Shown here: positions 1 to 9,202 of the stretch, in pieces | Layout: each line of letters starts with the position of its first letter | Position numbering within the stretch: the stretch's first letter is position 1 | NCBI GenBank assembly: GCA_944331955.1 | Contig: CALVIY010000001.1 | Coordinates: forward strand, 22,013-86,012 | Direction: 5' to 3' | DNA length: 64,000 nucleotides | From: an uncultured Bacilli bacterium | GTDB lineage: Bacteria > Bacillota_I > Bacilli_A > RF39 > UBA660 | The notes under the pieces: model-generated | Told to the model about the DNA's origin: nothing | The model's input: the letters and a program-made list of their open reading frames with translations, nothing else | Database searches by the model: none | Made by a program: the position numbers and the translations under genes

Positions 1-1
1 G

Positions 2-934
2 GGATTAATAAATATATATGAATATCAGGAGAGTTTTAGAGGAGCAAGTTCATGGACAGGATATTTAAATAATGGACTATATTGGTATACTTTAACATCC
101 ACGTATCTTAGCCCCGCTGTAAATGGTAATCGTTTTGTATCAAATAATGGTTCCGTTTATGTCACTCCAAACGATAGTAATAATCAATTTATCAGACCGT
201 CCTTAAACTTAAAGCCTAATATTAAAATAGTAAGCGGAAATGGTACAATTGATAATCCTTATAGACTTGAAGGAGATAATGATACTAATCTATCCGGAAC
301 ATTATTAAATACCAGATATAGTGGAGAATACATCCGCTTTGGAAACGAAGAGAACAATCTGTATAGAATAGTAAGTCATGAAAATGAAATAGGAACTAAA
401 ATAACTAGTGCAGAACCTTTGAAAGAAAATAGAGAGTTTAAGATATTAAATTTTGATGATAATGGTAATTCAAATTATTCTAGTACTAATACTATAGGAA
501 CATTTCTAAATGGAGAATATTTAACCAACTATGTAGGTAGTGATTATGTTAATATGATAGAAGATAATACTACGTGGTATCTTGGCACAGTTGGAAGAGG
601 TATAAATTATAAATTAGCAAAATATGTAGATACAACTGGTAATACATTAATATCAAGTATAACAACTGCAAAAGTAGGATTACTAAGGTATGGCGAGTTA
701 ATGTCGGGGCAGTTTGATAAGTATAACAATAATAGAAGTTATTGGACTTTAACAAAATCAGATGATTTAACCATTAGGTATGTTGGTAATGATGGAAATT
801 CTAATCAAGTATCTCCTTCTCCCAAAGTTAGTGTTTATAGCATTCGTCCATCCTTAAATTTAAAATCTAATGTCGTAATAACTGGTGGTATAGGAACTAA
901 AAATAATCCGTTCACTATAAAACTTGCTGATTAA
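2..934 (+). CDS. Secreted/surface protein, C-terminal part (5' end lies left of the window); paralog of 48956..50860 with DUF6273-like modules
   Basis: Frame 2 is open from nt 2 (GLINIYEYQESFRGASSWTGYLNN...) and is in frame with the tracked ORF 419..934, so the TTG at 419 is internal. It is colinear with roughly the C-terminal half of the 48956..50860 product (LEGDNDTNLSGTLL, LYRIVSHEN, TIGxFLNGEYLTNYV, TTWYLGTVGRG, AKVGLLR, IRPSLNLK..GT.NNPF). Confidence 0.8.
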   Translation, partial: GLINIYEYQESFRGASSWTGYLNNGLYWYTLTSTYLSPAVNGNRFVSNNGSVYVTPNDSNNQFIRPSLNLKPNIKIVSGNGTIDNPYRLEGDNDTNLSGTLLNTRYSGEYIRFGNEENNLYRIVSHENEIGTKITSAEPLKENREFKILNFDDNGNSNYSSTNTIGTFLNGEYLTNYVGSDYVNMIEDNTTWYLGTVGRGINYKLAKYVDTTGNTLISSITTAKVGLLRYGELMSGQFDKYNNNRSYWTLTKSDDLTIRYVGNDGNSNQVSPSPKVSVYSIRPSLNLKSNVVITGGIGTKNNPFTIKLAD

Positions 935-951
935 TTATTATGCATTTTAAA

Positions 952-985
952 AAGATATAGTAAAAAGTAAACTATATCTTTTTTT
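952..985 (+). terminator. Rho-independent terminator
   Basis: Stem AAGATATAG (952-960) pairs with CTATATCTT (972-980), followed by a T run. Confidence 0.7.
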
Positions 986-1010
986 AGCACTCATACTTGA
1001 CAATTGCCAA
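984..1010 (+). promoter_or_regulatory. CIRCE-like (HrcA operator-like) inverted repeat overlapping the htpG -35
   Basis: TTAGCACTC (984-992), N9, AATTGCCAA (1002-1010). The left arm matches the CIRCE consensus TTAGCACTC-N9-GAGTGCTAA perfectly; the right arm matches 6/9. Confidence 0.4.
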
Positions 1011-1025
1011 ACTCGGTGTTATTCT
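997..1025 (+). promoter_or_regulatory. Sigma-A type promoter for htpG
   Basis: TTGACA (997-1002), 17-nt spacer, TATTCT (1020-1025). Confidence 0.5.
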
Positions 1026-1058
1026 ACTTTATGTAAATAAGAAAGAAGAGTGATTATT

Positions 1059-2936
1059 TTGAAGAAAAAACAATTTAAAGCTGAATCTAAAAAGCTATTA
1101 GATTTAATGATTAATTCTATTTATACTAATAAGGAGATATTTTTAAGAGAGTTAATCTCTAATGCAAGTGATGCTATTGATAAACTTTATTATGAGTCAC
1201 TTACTAATAAAAATATTAAGATAAAAAAGAAAGATTTAGAGATTAGACTTATACCTGATAAAGATAATCGTACCTTAACTATTGTTGATAATGGTATTGG
1301 TATGACTGATGTTGAACTTGAAAATAACTTAGGTACTATCGCTAAGAGTGGTTCAGAGTTATTCAAAGAGAAAATGTCTGATGATAAAAATATGGCTATT
1401 ATTGGACAGTTTGGTGTAGGATTTTACTCTAGTTTTATGGTAAGTGATGAAGTAGAAGTTATTAGTAAGGCCTATAATAGTGATAAAGCATATCGTTGGG
1501 TATCAAGAGGTGCTGATGGATACTCTATTGAAGAAGTAGACTATGAAAATATCGGTACAAAAATTATTCTTCACTTAAAAGAGAATAATGAAGATAATAA
1601 TTATGATGAATATCTAGAAGATTATACTATTGAAAGATTAGTTAAGAAATATTCTGATTATATAACTTATCCAATTAAGATGGAAGTAGAGACTACTACT
1701 AAGAAGGATGATAAAGAAGAAAAAAAGGTTGAAGATAAAACCTTAAATAGTATGGTTCCAATTTGGAAGAAAGGGAAGAGTAGTGTAAAAGATGAAGATT
1801 ATAATTCATTTTATACAGATAAATTCTATGACTATGAAGCTCCTTTAAAAGTAATACGTAGTGAAGTAGAAGGAAGATGTTCATATACAGCTCTTTTATT
1901 TATACCAAGTCATGCTCCATATAATTATTATTCTAAAGATTATGAGAAAGGACTTGAACTTTACTCTAAAGGTGTTCTAATCATGGATAAATGTTCTCTT
2001 CTTTTACCTGATTACTTTAGTTTTGTTAAAGGTATAGTTGATAGTGAAGATGTGTCTTTAAATATATCAAGAGAAACTTTACAAGATGATTATCAAATTA
2101 AAACTATCGCTAAGAGTCTTGAATCTAAAATAAAAAAAGAACTTGAGAAGATGCTTAAAAACGATAGAGAAAATTATGAGAAGTTCTTTAAAGACTTTGG
2201 AATGCAACTAAAAGTAGGTATTTATGAGTCTTACGGTATGGCTAAAGAAACTTTACAAGACTTATTACTTTTCTATTCATCTAAAGAGAAAAAGATGGTT
2301 ACACTTCAAGAATATGTTTCTAATATGAATGATGATGATAAGACAATTTACTATGCTTGTGGAGAGACTATTGATAAGATAGATTTATTACCTCAAGTTG
2401 AAAGTGCCAAAGAAAAGGGTATAGATATTTTATATTTAACTGACTATTTAGATGAATTTGTCTTTAAAGTAATGATGAACTATGAAGAGAAAAACTTTGT
2501 TAATGTAGCAAGTAGTGATGCTAACTTTGAAAGTGAAGAAGAAAAGAATGAGTTAAATAAAGTTAACGAAGAATATAAAGATATGTTTATTAAAATGCAT
2601 GATGCCTTAAATAACGGTGTTAATGAAGTAGAGTTTACTCATCGTTTAAAGAATCATCCTGTATGTTTAACAAGTAAAGGTGATGTTTCTGTTGAAATGC
2701 AAAAAGTAATGGATGCTATGCCAACAGATACTGGAGTAAAAGCAAGTACTGTAATGGAAATTAATGAAAATCATCCTATTGCAGATAAACTAAAAACTTT
2801 ATATGAAAAGAAAGACTTTGAAACATTAGAAAAATATAGTAAAATTTTATATTCAGAAGCTAGACTTATTGAAGGAATGAGTTTAGATAATCCAACAGAA
2901 ATAAGTAATTTAATTTGTGAATTACTTGCTAAATAA
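1059..2936 (+). CDS. htpG: Molecular chaperone HtpG (Hsp90 family)
   Basis: N-terminal FKAESKKLLDLMINSIYTNKEIFLRELISNASDAIDKL and DNGIGM, GQFGVGFYS motifs; length about 625 aa. The TTG at 1059 sits 8 nt after AGAAAGAAGAG and aligns with typical MxKKxFKAE N-termini; the tracked GTG at 1050 is an alternative start. Confidence 0.93.
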   Translation: MKKKQFKAESKKLLDLMINSIYTNKEIFLRELISNASDAIDKLYYESLTNKNIKIKKKDLEIRLIPDKDNRTLTIVDNGIGMTDVELENNLGTIAKSGSELFKEKMSDDKNMAIIGQFGVGFYSSFMVSDEVEVISKAYNSDKAYRWVSRGADGYSIEEVDYENIGTKIILHLKENNEDNNYDEYLEDYTIERLVKKYSDYITYPIKMEVETTTKKDDKEEKKVEDKTLNSMVPIWKKGKSSVKDEDYNSFYTDKFYDYEAPLKVIRSEVEGRCSYTALLFIPSHAPYNYYSKDYEKGLELYSKGVLIMDKCSLLLPDYFSFVKGIVDSEDVSLNISRETLQDDYQIKTIAKSLESKIKKELEKMLKNDRENYEKFFKDFGMQLKVGIYESYGMAKETLQDLLLFYSSKEKKMVTLQEYVSNMNDDDKTIYYACGETIDKIDLLPQVESAKEKGIDILYLTDYLDEFVFKVMMNYEEKNFVNVASSDANFESEEEKNELNKVNEEYKDMFIKMHDALNNGVNEVEFTHRLKNHPVCLTSKGDVSVEMQKVMDAMPTDTGVKASTVMEINENHPIADKLKTLYEKKDFETLEKYSKILYSEARLIEGMSLDNPTEISNLICELLAK

Positions 2937-2940
2937 AATA

Positions 2941-2978
2941 AAGGATAGGTAATTATTAACATTACTTATCCTTTTTAG
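2941..2978. terminator. Bidirectional hairpin terminator between convergent htpG and the LtaS-family gene
   Basis: AAGGATAGGTAAT (2941-2953) pairs with ATTACTTATCCTT (2961-2973) with one G.T pair. A run upstream, T run downstream. Confidence 0.65.
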
Positions 2979-4530
2979 TATTACATTCTTTGCCAATACA
3001 TTCATCATAATATTTAGATTTTTCTCTTAATCTTTCATCAATATAATCATTACCATATTCTTCTGATAGAGTTTCTTTACAACTAAACAAATTGGTTCCA
3101 AGACCTAACTTTTCTCCATCTATTTCGACACCTAGGGAAGCTAGGGTAGTTGGGTAATAATCAAATGTTGTGAAGTTTCTATTTTTAGTACAATCAGTAT
3201 CTATTGCTGAATTTATGAATACATTATAAACATTTCTTTGATAACTTTCGTCAATATCTTCAAAGGAATAAGTATTCATACTAAGATGATCTCCTGCTAG
3301 GATGATAGTTGTATCTTCATAAAAGTCTTGTTTTTTTATCCAGTTGATGAAGTCATTTAATTTTTCACTTGAACAATCAATTGCTGTTAAGTATGGATCA
3401 TCATAGGTATCTTTACATGAATCATCTCTATATCCATCAGGAAAATGACTATCAACAGTTAACATTGTAAAATTAAATGGTTCATCACTTTTAGATATTT
3501 CTGTTAATTCTTCTTTAGCATAATCAAAAAGTTTTTTATCTTCATAACCCCAAAATACATAATAATCTTCATCAATAATTCCATCATCAATAGCGGTAAA
3601 GTAATCATAAACATTATAATTACCATGGTTCTTAAAATAGTTCCTTCTTCCTCCAAAGGTTAAGTCAGAACCTACCATTATGTACTGTCTATATCCAGCA
3701 TCTTTTAATATATCTCCTATAGAGTATGCTCCTGGTAAGGTAGTTCCTTTTTCATAAGTACTTACATCATCTTGATTAAAAGTAGTTTTTAAAGGAATTC
3801 CAGAAGTATGTGCTACCATACCAGCCATAGTCCAAGAAGTATTATATGCCATATGGGCTCCTCCTACTAAATTATTAGGTGAGAAATTAATGTTTTCTTT
3901 AGCAAGATCTGTTAATTCAGGCATATAATTAATATCATAAGCACCACCGTTTTCCTTGTCCATATAAGTTGTTTCCATTGATTCTAGAAAAATATATATT
4001 AAATTTCTTTTCTTTTTAGGCCATTTTAAATCAACTTCTTTAGGATCAACATAACTAACTTCAAAAAAATTAGATTCTATATAACTGTATTTAATATAGT
4101 TAAATATATATAAATTACTCATTGCATAGTAAATAGAATAACCTATTAAACTAAGAATAAGTATATATTTAACAATGCTATAGAAATTTAATTTAATTTG
4201 TTTGTTCCTAATTCTTATATTTATATATGCTTCTAGATTTCTAAATAGATGTTTTATAATTATAATAATAATTATTATAACAATAGTGATAATTAATGGG
4301 ATTAAAATATTTTTTATAACAAATTCTTTAATTATCTCGTTACTAGCACTTGATACAGAACTAGTTAAAGTAAATAGAATCTGATCAAAATTATCAAATT
4401 GGCAATTAATTAATGTCCAGTTTGTACTGAATATTATAATAAATGCTAAAAATATTAAGATAAAATCTAAGATCCATTTAATTATTTTTATTATCTTTTC
4501 TTTTTTTGGTTTTCTTTTTTTCTTTAGCAT
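2962..4530 (-). CDS. LTA synthase / phosphoglycerol transferase family protein (sulfatase-type ectodomain); possibly the 3' part of a frameshifted gene
   Basis: Three N-terminal TM helices, then a sulfatase-like ectodomain (FLESMETTY, MVAHTSGIP, TVDSHFPDG, ILAGDHLSM). Confidence 0.75.
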   Translation of the reverse strand: MLKKKRKPKKEKIIKIIKWILDFILIFLAFIIIFSTNWTLINCQFDNFDQILFTLTSSVSSASNEIIKEFVIKNILIPLIITIVIIIIIIIIKHLFRNLEAYINIRIRNKQIKLNFYSIVKYILILSLIGYSIYYAMSNLYIFNYIKYSYIESNFFEVSYVDPKEVDLKWPKKKRNLIYIFLESMETTYMDKENGGAYDINYMPELTDLAKENINFSPNNLVGGAHMAYNTSWTMAGMVAHTSGIPLKTTFNQDDVSTYEKGTTLPGAYSIGDILKDAGYRQYIMVGSDLTFGGRRNYFKNHGNYNVYDYFTAIDDGIIDEDYYVFWGYEDKKLFDYAKEELTEISKSDEPFNFTMLTVDSHFPDGYRDDSCKDTYDDPYLTAIDCSSEKLNDFINWIKKQDFYEDTTIILAGDHLSMNTYSFEDIDESYQRNVYNVFINSAIDTDCTKNRNFTTFDYYPTTLASLGVEIDGEKLGLGTNLFSCKETLSEEYGNDYIDERLREKSKYYDECIGKECNTKKDK

Positions 4531-4873
4531 CTTTTACTTCTTTAACTTTCTTTGTATTTTTCTTTTCTTTTAATTCTAGGTTAATATTTATATTAGCATT
4601 TATTACTTTAAATATATAAGGTAAGATAAAGGCAACTATTAAACTTAACCACATATATTTAAGACAAAAGTCATAATTAAAAGTATATTCAGAGTAAGGT
4701 AACATTTTTTCACTACTAAATATATAAATAAAAGTATTCATAATTGTTGTAATTAAAAAAGTATAAAATAAATATTTTAATATTAAATCACTTGTGCTTT
4801 TGTTAGTTTTATCTATTCTTTTTTCTGTAAGAATAGAAATACTAGCAGGCATTAACATACATATAAAAAACAT
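4478..4873 (-). CDS. Membrane protein fragment (3 TM helices, Lys-rich tail); likely the detached N-terminus of the LtaS-family gene
   Basis: Hydrophobic segments then KEKKNTKKVKEVKDAKEKKKTKKRK. It overlaps the downstream ORF by 53 nt in a different frame, across two A7 tracts. Confidence 0.5.
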   Translation of the reverse strand: MFFICMLMPASISILTEKRIDKTNKSTSDLILKYLFYTFLITTIMNTFIYIFSSEKMLPYSEYTFNYDFCLKYMWLSLIVAFILPYIFKVINANININLELKEKKNTKKVKEVKDAKEKKKTKKRKDNKNN

Positions 4874-4930
4874 ACTACCACTTCTTTCTAGATAAGTGTT
4901 ATTATAAATAAAATATAATAAAATGGCAAT

Positions 4931-4964
4931 AAAAAATTATGAATTTTAATTTTCATAATTTTTA
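4931..4964 (-). terminator. Hairpin terminator downstream of pyrH
   Basis: AATTATGAA pairs with TTCATAATT; the stem is flanked by A and T runs and is symmetric. Confidence 0.6.
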
Positions 4965-4972
4965 ATATATAA

Positions 4973-5671
4973 TTATTTTACAATAGAACCGATATCATCA
5001 GTAATAAGAGCTTGCTTTAACATACCAGGTTTATTTATATTAAAGATGATTATAGGAATGGATTCTTCCATACATAGAGTAATTGCTGTTAAGTCCATTA
5101 CTTTTAACTTTTGGTTTAATACTTCATTATATGTTGTTTCCTTAATTAATTTAGCATCTTTATATTTTTTAGGATCTTTATCATAAATACCATCTACATT
5201 AGTTGCTTTTACTAAGATATCGGCATTAAGTTCTGCTGCTCTTAAGGCTGCTGCCGTATCAGTTGAAAAGAAAGGGTTACCTGTTCCACAACCAAAGATA
5301 ACTACACGTCCTTTTTCTAGATGTTTTTCACATTTTTCACGTAGATAGAACTCGGCAACTTTTCGCATTTCAATAGCAGTCTCTACTCTAACTGAAACAT
5401 CTATTTGTCTAAAAGCATCTTGCAAAGCTAGTGCATTCATAGTAGTTGCAAGCATACCAATATAATCAGATGTTTGTCGCTCCATAAAGTCATTCGCTTT
5501 ACCACGCCAGAAGTTTCCTCCTCCTACAACTATGCCAATCGAAAAGCCCATATCAAGGCACTCTTTAACTTCTTTAGCAATTTCTAATACTTTTTCAAAG
5601 TCAATACCATTATCTTTAGAACCACTTAAAGATTCTCCTGATAACTTTAATAAAATTCTTTTTTTATTCAT
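4973..5671 (-). CDS. pyrH: UMP kinase
   Basis: ILLKLSGESL, VVGGGNFWRG, GNPFFSTDTAAALRA, ATNVDGIYDKDP motifs; 232 aa. Confidence 0.92.
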   Translation of the reverse strand: MNKKRILLKLSGESLSGSKDNGIDFEKVLEIAKEVKECLDMGFSIGIVVGGGNFWRGKANDFMERQTSDYIGMLATTMNALALQDAFRQIDVSVRVETAIEMRKVAEFYLREKCEKHLEKGRVVIFGCGTGNPFFSTDTAAALRAAELNADILVKATNVDGIYDKDPKKYKDAKLIKETTYNEVLNQKLKVMDLTAITLCMEESIPIIIFNINKPGMLKQALITDDIGSIVK

Positions 5672-5784
5672 GCTTTCACTTCCTTAATACTAGTATATCA
5701 TGTCGTATTTTTAGTGGCAATTTTTCCTTTAAAAAATAAGTTATCTTTGTTATACTTTAATTATAGCGAAAGGATAGTGATTAA

Positions 5785-8403
5785 ATGAAATATGTTTATG
5801 CCTTTAGTGAAGGTAATAAAGATATGAGAGAATTGTTAGGAGGAAAAGGTGCTAATCTTGCAGAGATGACAAGAATAGGATTACCTGTGCCTCGTGGGTT
5901 TACTGTAACAACTGAAGCTTGTTTAAAATATTATGATGATAATGAAGAGATTAGTGATGATATTAAAGAAGAAATCTTTAAAGAGTTAGCTAATCTTGAA
6001 AAGTTAACTGGTAAGGTTATGGGAGATGATAAAAATCCATTACTTGTATCAGTTAGAAGTGGGGCAAGAAGTTCTATGCCAGGAATGATGGATACAATCC
6101 TTAATCTTGGTATGAATGATGAAGTAGTAGAAACACTTGCAAGACTTACAGATAATAAAAGATTTGCTTATGACTGTTATCGTCGTTTTATTCAAATGTT
6201 TGCAGATGTAGTTATGGGCTTTCCAAAGAGTTCTTTTGAATACTTATTTGAAGATATTAAGAAAGAGAAGAATGTGGAACTTGATACTGATTTAACAGCT
6301 GATGACTTAGTTGAAGTTGTAGATAGATATAAAGAAGAATATAGAAAACATGCTGGTGTTGAGTTCCCACAAGATGCTAAAGTACAGTTGATTGAAGCGG
6401 TTAAAGCTGTCTTTAGAAGTTGGAATAATGATAGAGCGATTACTTATAGACGTCTTAATGATATTCCAGGGGACTGGGGTACTGCTGTTAATGTTCAAGA
6501 GATGGTTTATGGTAATATGGGTGATGACAGTGGTACTGGTGTTGCCTTCACTAGAAATCCTGCTACTGGAGAAGCTAAGTTATATGGAGAATATTTAATT
6601 AATGCACAAGGTGAGGATGTAGTTGCAGGTATTAGAACTCCACAGTCTATTGATACTTTAAAAGAAGTGATGCCAGAATGTTTCAATGAGTTTGTTAAGA
6701 TATGTAAAACGCTAGAAGACCATTATAAAGATATGCAAGATATGGAATTTACTATTGAAAATGGTAAGTTATTTATGCTTCAAACTAGAAGTGGTAAAAG
6801 AACAGCAGAAGCTGCTCTTAGAATTGCTGTAGAACTTGTTAATGAAGGTAAGATAAGTAAAGAAGAAGCTCTTTTAAGAGTAGAGCCTAAACAACTAGAA
6901 CAATTATTACATCCTGCTTTTGATAAAGATGCTTTAAGTAATGCCAAAGTTATATGTAAAGGTTTAGCTGCTTCTCCTGGTGCTGCTACAGGACATCTAT
7001 ATTTTAGTGCCGAAGACGTTATGAAAGCACATGATGAGGGAGTAGAAGATATAATATTAGCAAGAGAAGAAACATCTCCAGAAGATATTGAAGGTATGAA
7101 TATCGCTCGTGGTATTTTAACAGTTAGAGGTGGAATGACTTCCCATGCTGCTGTTGTCGCTCGTGGTATGGGTACTTGTTGTGTATCAGGTTGTGGTGAT
7201 ATTGTAGTTGATGTTAATAAGAAGACACTTACTACTAAAGACGGTAAAGTATTTAAAGAAGGAGACTATATTAGTTTAGATGGTTCAACTGGTAATGTTT
7301 ATGGAGAAGAGATAAAAACAGTTCCTGCATCTATTAGTGGAAACTTTGAGATATTCATGAACTGGGCTGATGATGTTGCAGACCTAGAAGTTAGAACTAA
7401 TGCTGATAATCCTAGGGATGCTAAAGTTGCAAGAGACTTTGGTGCTAAAGGTATTGGACTTTGTCGTACAGAGCATATGTTCTTTGATAGTGAACGTATA
7501 TTTAACTTTAGAAAGATGATTGTTGCTCCAACATTAGAAAAACGTGAAGAAGCATTAGATGCGATTTTACCTTATCAAAAAGATGACTTTAAAGAGTTAT
7601 TTAAAGTAATGGATGGATATGATGTTACAATTAGATTCCTAGATCCACCACTACATGAGTTCTTACCTCATACTGATGATGAGATTAAAGCACTTGCAAA
7701 AGACTTAGAGATGGATTTTGAAGCTTTAAAGAATAAAGTTGAGTCACTAAAAGAATTTAATCCAATGATGGGACATCGTGGATGTCGTCTTGATGTTACT
7801 TATCCTGAGATTGCTGTTATGCAAACAAAAGCTGTTATAAATGCTGCTTTAGAAGTAGAAAAAGAGGGTATTAAAGTAACACCTGAAATTATGATACCTT
7901 TAGTAGGGGATGTTAACGAATTAAAATATGTTAAAAATATAGTAGTTGAAACAGCTGATACTATTATTAAAGATAATAACAGTGACTTAAAATATAAAGT
8001 AGGTACTATGATAGAAATACCAAGAGCTGCTTTACTTGCAGATAAAATTGCAGAAGAAGCAGAGTTCTTTAGTTTTGGTACTAATGATTTAACACAAATG
8101 ACTTATGGATTCTCAAGAGATGATGCTTCTAAATTCTTAAAAGATTACTATGATAAGAAAATTTTTACAAACGATCCTTTCGCAAGCTTAGATACTGTTG
8201 GTGTTGGTAAGTTAGTAAATATGGCTGCTGAACTTGGTAGAAGTACAAGAGGCGATATCAAACTAGGTATCTGTGGAGAACATGGAGGAGATCCTAAGAG
8301 TATAGCTTTCTGTCAAATAGTTGGTCTTGATTATGTTTCTTGTAGTCCATTTAGAGTACCTGTGGCAAGACTTGCTGCTGCAAGGGCTAAATTAGAGAAT
8401 TAA
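5785..8403 (+). CDS. ppdK: Pyruvate, phosphate dikinase
   Basis: 872 aa; GGKGANLAEM, phospho-His region GGMTSHAAVVARGMG, C-terminal GICGEHGGDP. Confidence 0.93.
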   Translation: MKYVYAFSEGNKDMRELLGGKGANLAEMTRIGLPVPRGFTVTTEACLKYYDDNEEISDDIKEEIFKELANLEKLTGKVMGDDKNPLLVSVRSGARSSMPGMMDTILNLGMNDEVVETLARLTDNKRFAYDCYRRFIQMFADVVMGFPKSSFEYLFEDIKKEKNVELDTDLTADDLVEVVDRYKEEYRKHAGVEFPQDAKVQLIEAVKAVFRSWNNDRAITYRRLNDIPGDWGTAVNVQEMVYGNMGDDSGTGVAFTRNPATGEAKLYGEYLINAQGEDVVAGIRTPQSIDTLKEVMPECFNEFVKICKTLEDHYKDMQDMEFTIENGKLFMLQTRSGKRTAEAALRIAVELVNEGKISKEEALLRVEPKQLEQLLHPAFDKDALSNAKVICKGLAASPGAATGHLYFSAEDVMKAHDEGVEDIILAREETSPEDIEGMNIARGILTVRGGMTSHAAVVARGMGTCCVSGCGDIVVDVNKKTLTTKDGKVFKEGDYISLDGSTGNVYGEEIKTVPASISGNFEIFMNWADDVADLEVRTNADNPRDAKVARDFGAKGIGLCRTEHMFFDSERIFNFRKMIVAPTLEKREEALDAILPYQKDDFKELFKVMDGYDVTIRFLDPPLHEFLPHTDDEIKALAKDLEMDFEALKNKVESLKEFNPMMGHRGCRLDVTYPEIAVMQTKAVINAALEVEKEGIKVTPEIMIPLVGDVNELKYVKNIVVETADTIIKDNNSDLKYKVGTMIEIPRAALLADKIAEEAEFFSFGTNDLTQMTYGFSRDDASKFLKDYYDKKIFTNDPFASLDTVGVGKLVNMAAELGRSTRGDIKLGICGEHGGDPKSIAFCQIVGLDYVSCSPFRVPVARLAAARAKLEN

Positions 8404-8405
8404 TT

Positions 8406-8843
8406 ATGTCTTTATACGATAGAATGCTTAATATTGCTAATATAGATAAAGAATCTATTATTAGAAAAGCAATAGAAAATACTAAAAGAGACTTAGATGG
8501 ATTAGATTATGAGAGAATGTGTTTAGTATATAGCAGTTATTTATATGAAAATTTAAAAGAATTATCATGCCTTGCTTATATAATAGATACTAATGATTTA
8601 GGTTTTGACTATGAACATAGATTTATTTTAGTACCAATTGATGATAGTAATTACTATTTAGCAGATTTAACTTATAAGCAGTTTGGTAAAGAAGATGAAG
8701 TACTAAGTAAATTATATAATGATGGTTATGAAAAGATAGATAATGATAAATATAATTACTACTTAAGTAAAGTAACTGGTAGTGATAAAGATATAACAAT
8801 TGACGAAAGTTTATTTAAAGAAACAAAGGGACTTGGTAAATAA
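8406..8843 (+). CDS. Hypothetical protein, translationally coupled to ppdK
   Basis: ATG 2 nt after the ppdK stop; 145 aa; no family recognised. Confidence 0.6.
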   Translation: MSLYDRMLNIANIDKESIIRKAIENTKRDLDGLDYERMCLVYSSYLYENLKELSCLAYIIDTNDLGFDYEHRFILVPIDDSNYYLADLTYKQFGKEDEVLSKLYNDGYEKIDNDKYNYYLSKVTGSDKDITIDESLFKETKGLGK

Positions 8844-8856
8844 TATCAAGTCTTTT
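8830..8856 (+). terminator. Rho-independent terminator (copy A of a duplicated hairpin)
   Basis: GACTTGGT-AAATAAT-ATCAAGTC followed by TTTT. The 5' arm overlaps the last codons of 8406..8843. Confidence 0.7.
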
Positions 8857-8911
8857 AGCTATTATAATGATTATTTATTAAAAATATGAATATAATATGA
8901 ATGTATACTAA

Positions 8912-8940
8912 TTGACATTTATGTCAAAATATAGTATATT
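8912..8940 (+). promoter_or_regulatory. Strong sigma-A promoter driving the antitoxin-RNA/toxin unit
   Basis: TTGACA (8912-8917), 17-nt spacer, TATATT (8935-8940). Confidence 0.65.
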
Positions 8941-8968
8941 ATTGTTACATTTAAGGAATGTAATATGT

Positions 8969-9075
8969 AAATGTTAGCCGCTCTTGGATGGTGCGGGTTA
9001 TAAATTATTCCAATCGTGAAATGTTAACCGCTCTCGGATGGTGCGGGATACAAATTATTCCGATTGAAAATGTTT
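8969..9075 (+). ncRNA. Type III antitoxin RNA (ToxI/antiQ-like): 2.2 tandem repeats of 50 nt
   Basis: Unit AAATGTTARCCGCTCTYGGATGGTGCGGGWTAYAAATTATTCCRATYG at 8969-9018 and 9019-9068, with a partial third copy from 9069. Located between a promoter and a terminator, directly upstream of a ToxN-like gene. Potential pseudoknot (CCGC/GCGG helix; loop TTGGA pairs with TCCAA), with one compensatory change between copies. Confidence 0.7.
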
Positions 9076-9112
9076 GAAAACTTTATTCTTTTGAGTAGAG
9101 TTTTCTTTTTTT
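9076..9112 (+). terminator. Strong intrinsic terminator between the antitoxin repeats and the toxin gene
   Basis: 13-bp stem GAAAACTTTATTC / GAGTAGAGTTTTC with loop TTTT, followed by T7 (9106-9112). Confidence 0.8.
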
Positions 9113-9202
9113 ACGAAAAAACGAACTTTTGTACTTTCAAACATATTTATAATATAGTATATTTTAATTACAGATTATATTTTCATTGGGGGTGTTTATA
9201 AA

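Noticed and set aside
419-934. Tracked ORF start (TTG at 419) for the left-edge gene.
   Set aside because: The frame is open back to nt 2, and the upstream translation aligns with the paralog 48956..50860. The gene is therefore truncated by the window edge, not a 171-aa protein.
8969-9075. Tandem 50-nt repeats considered as a mini-CRISPR array or a tandem riboswitch.
   Set aside because: The units abut directly with no unique spacers, and no cas genes are present. The promoter-repeats-terminator-ToxN-like gene context fits a type III antitoxin RNA much better. I know of no riboswitch class matching the motif.
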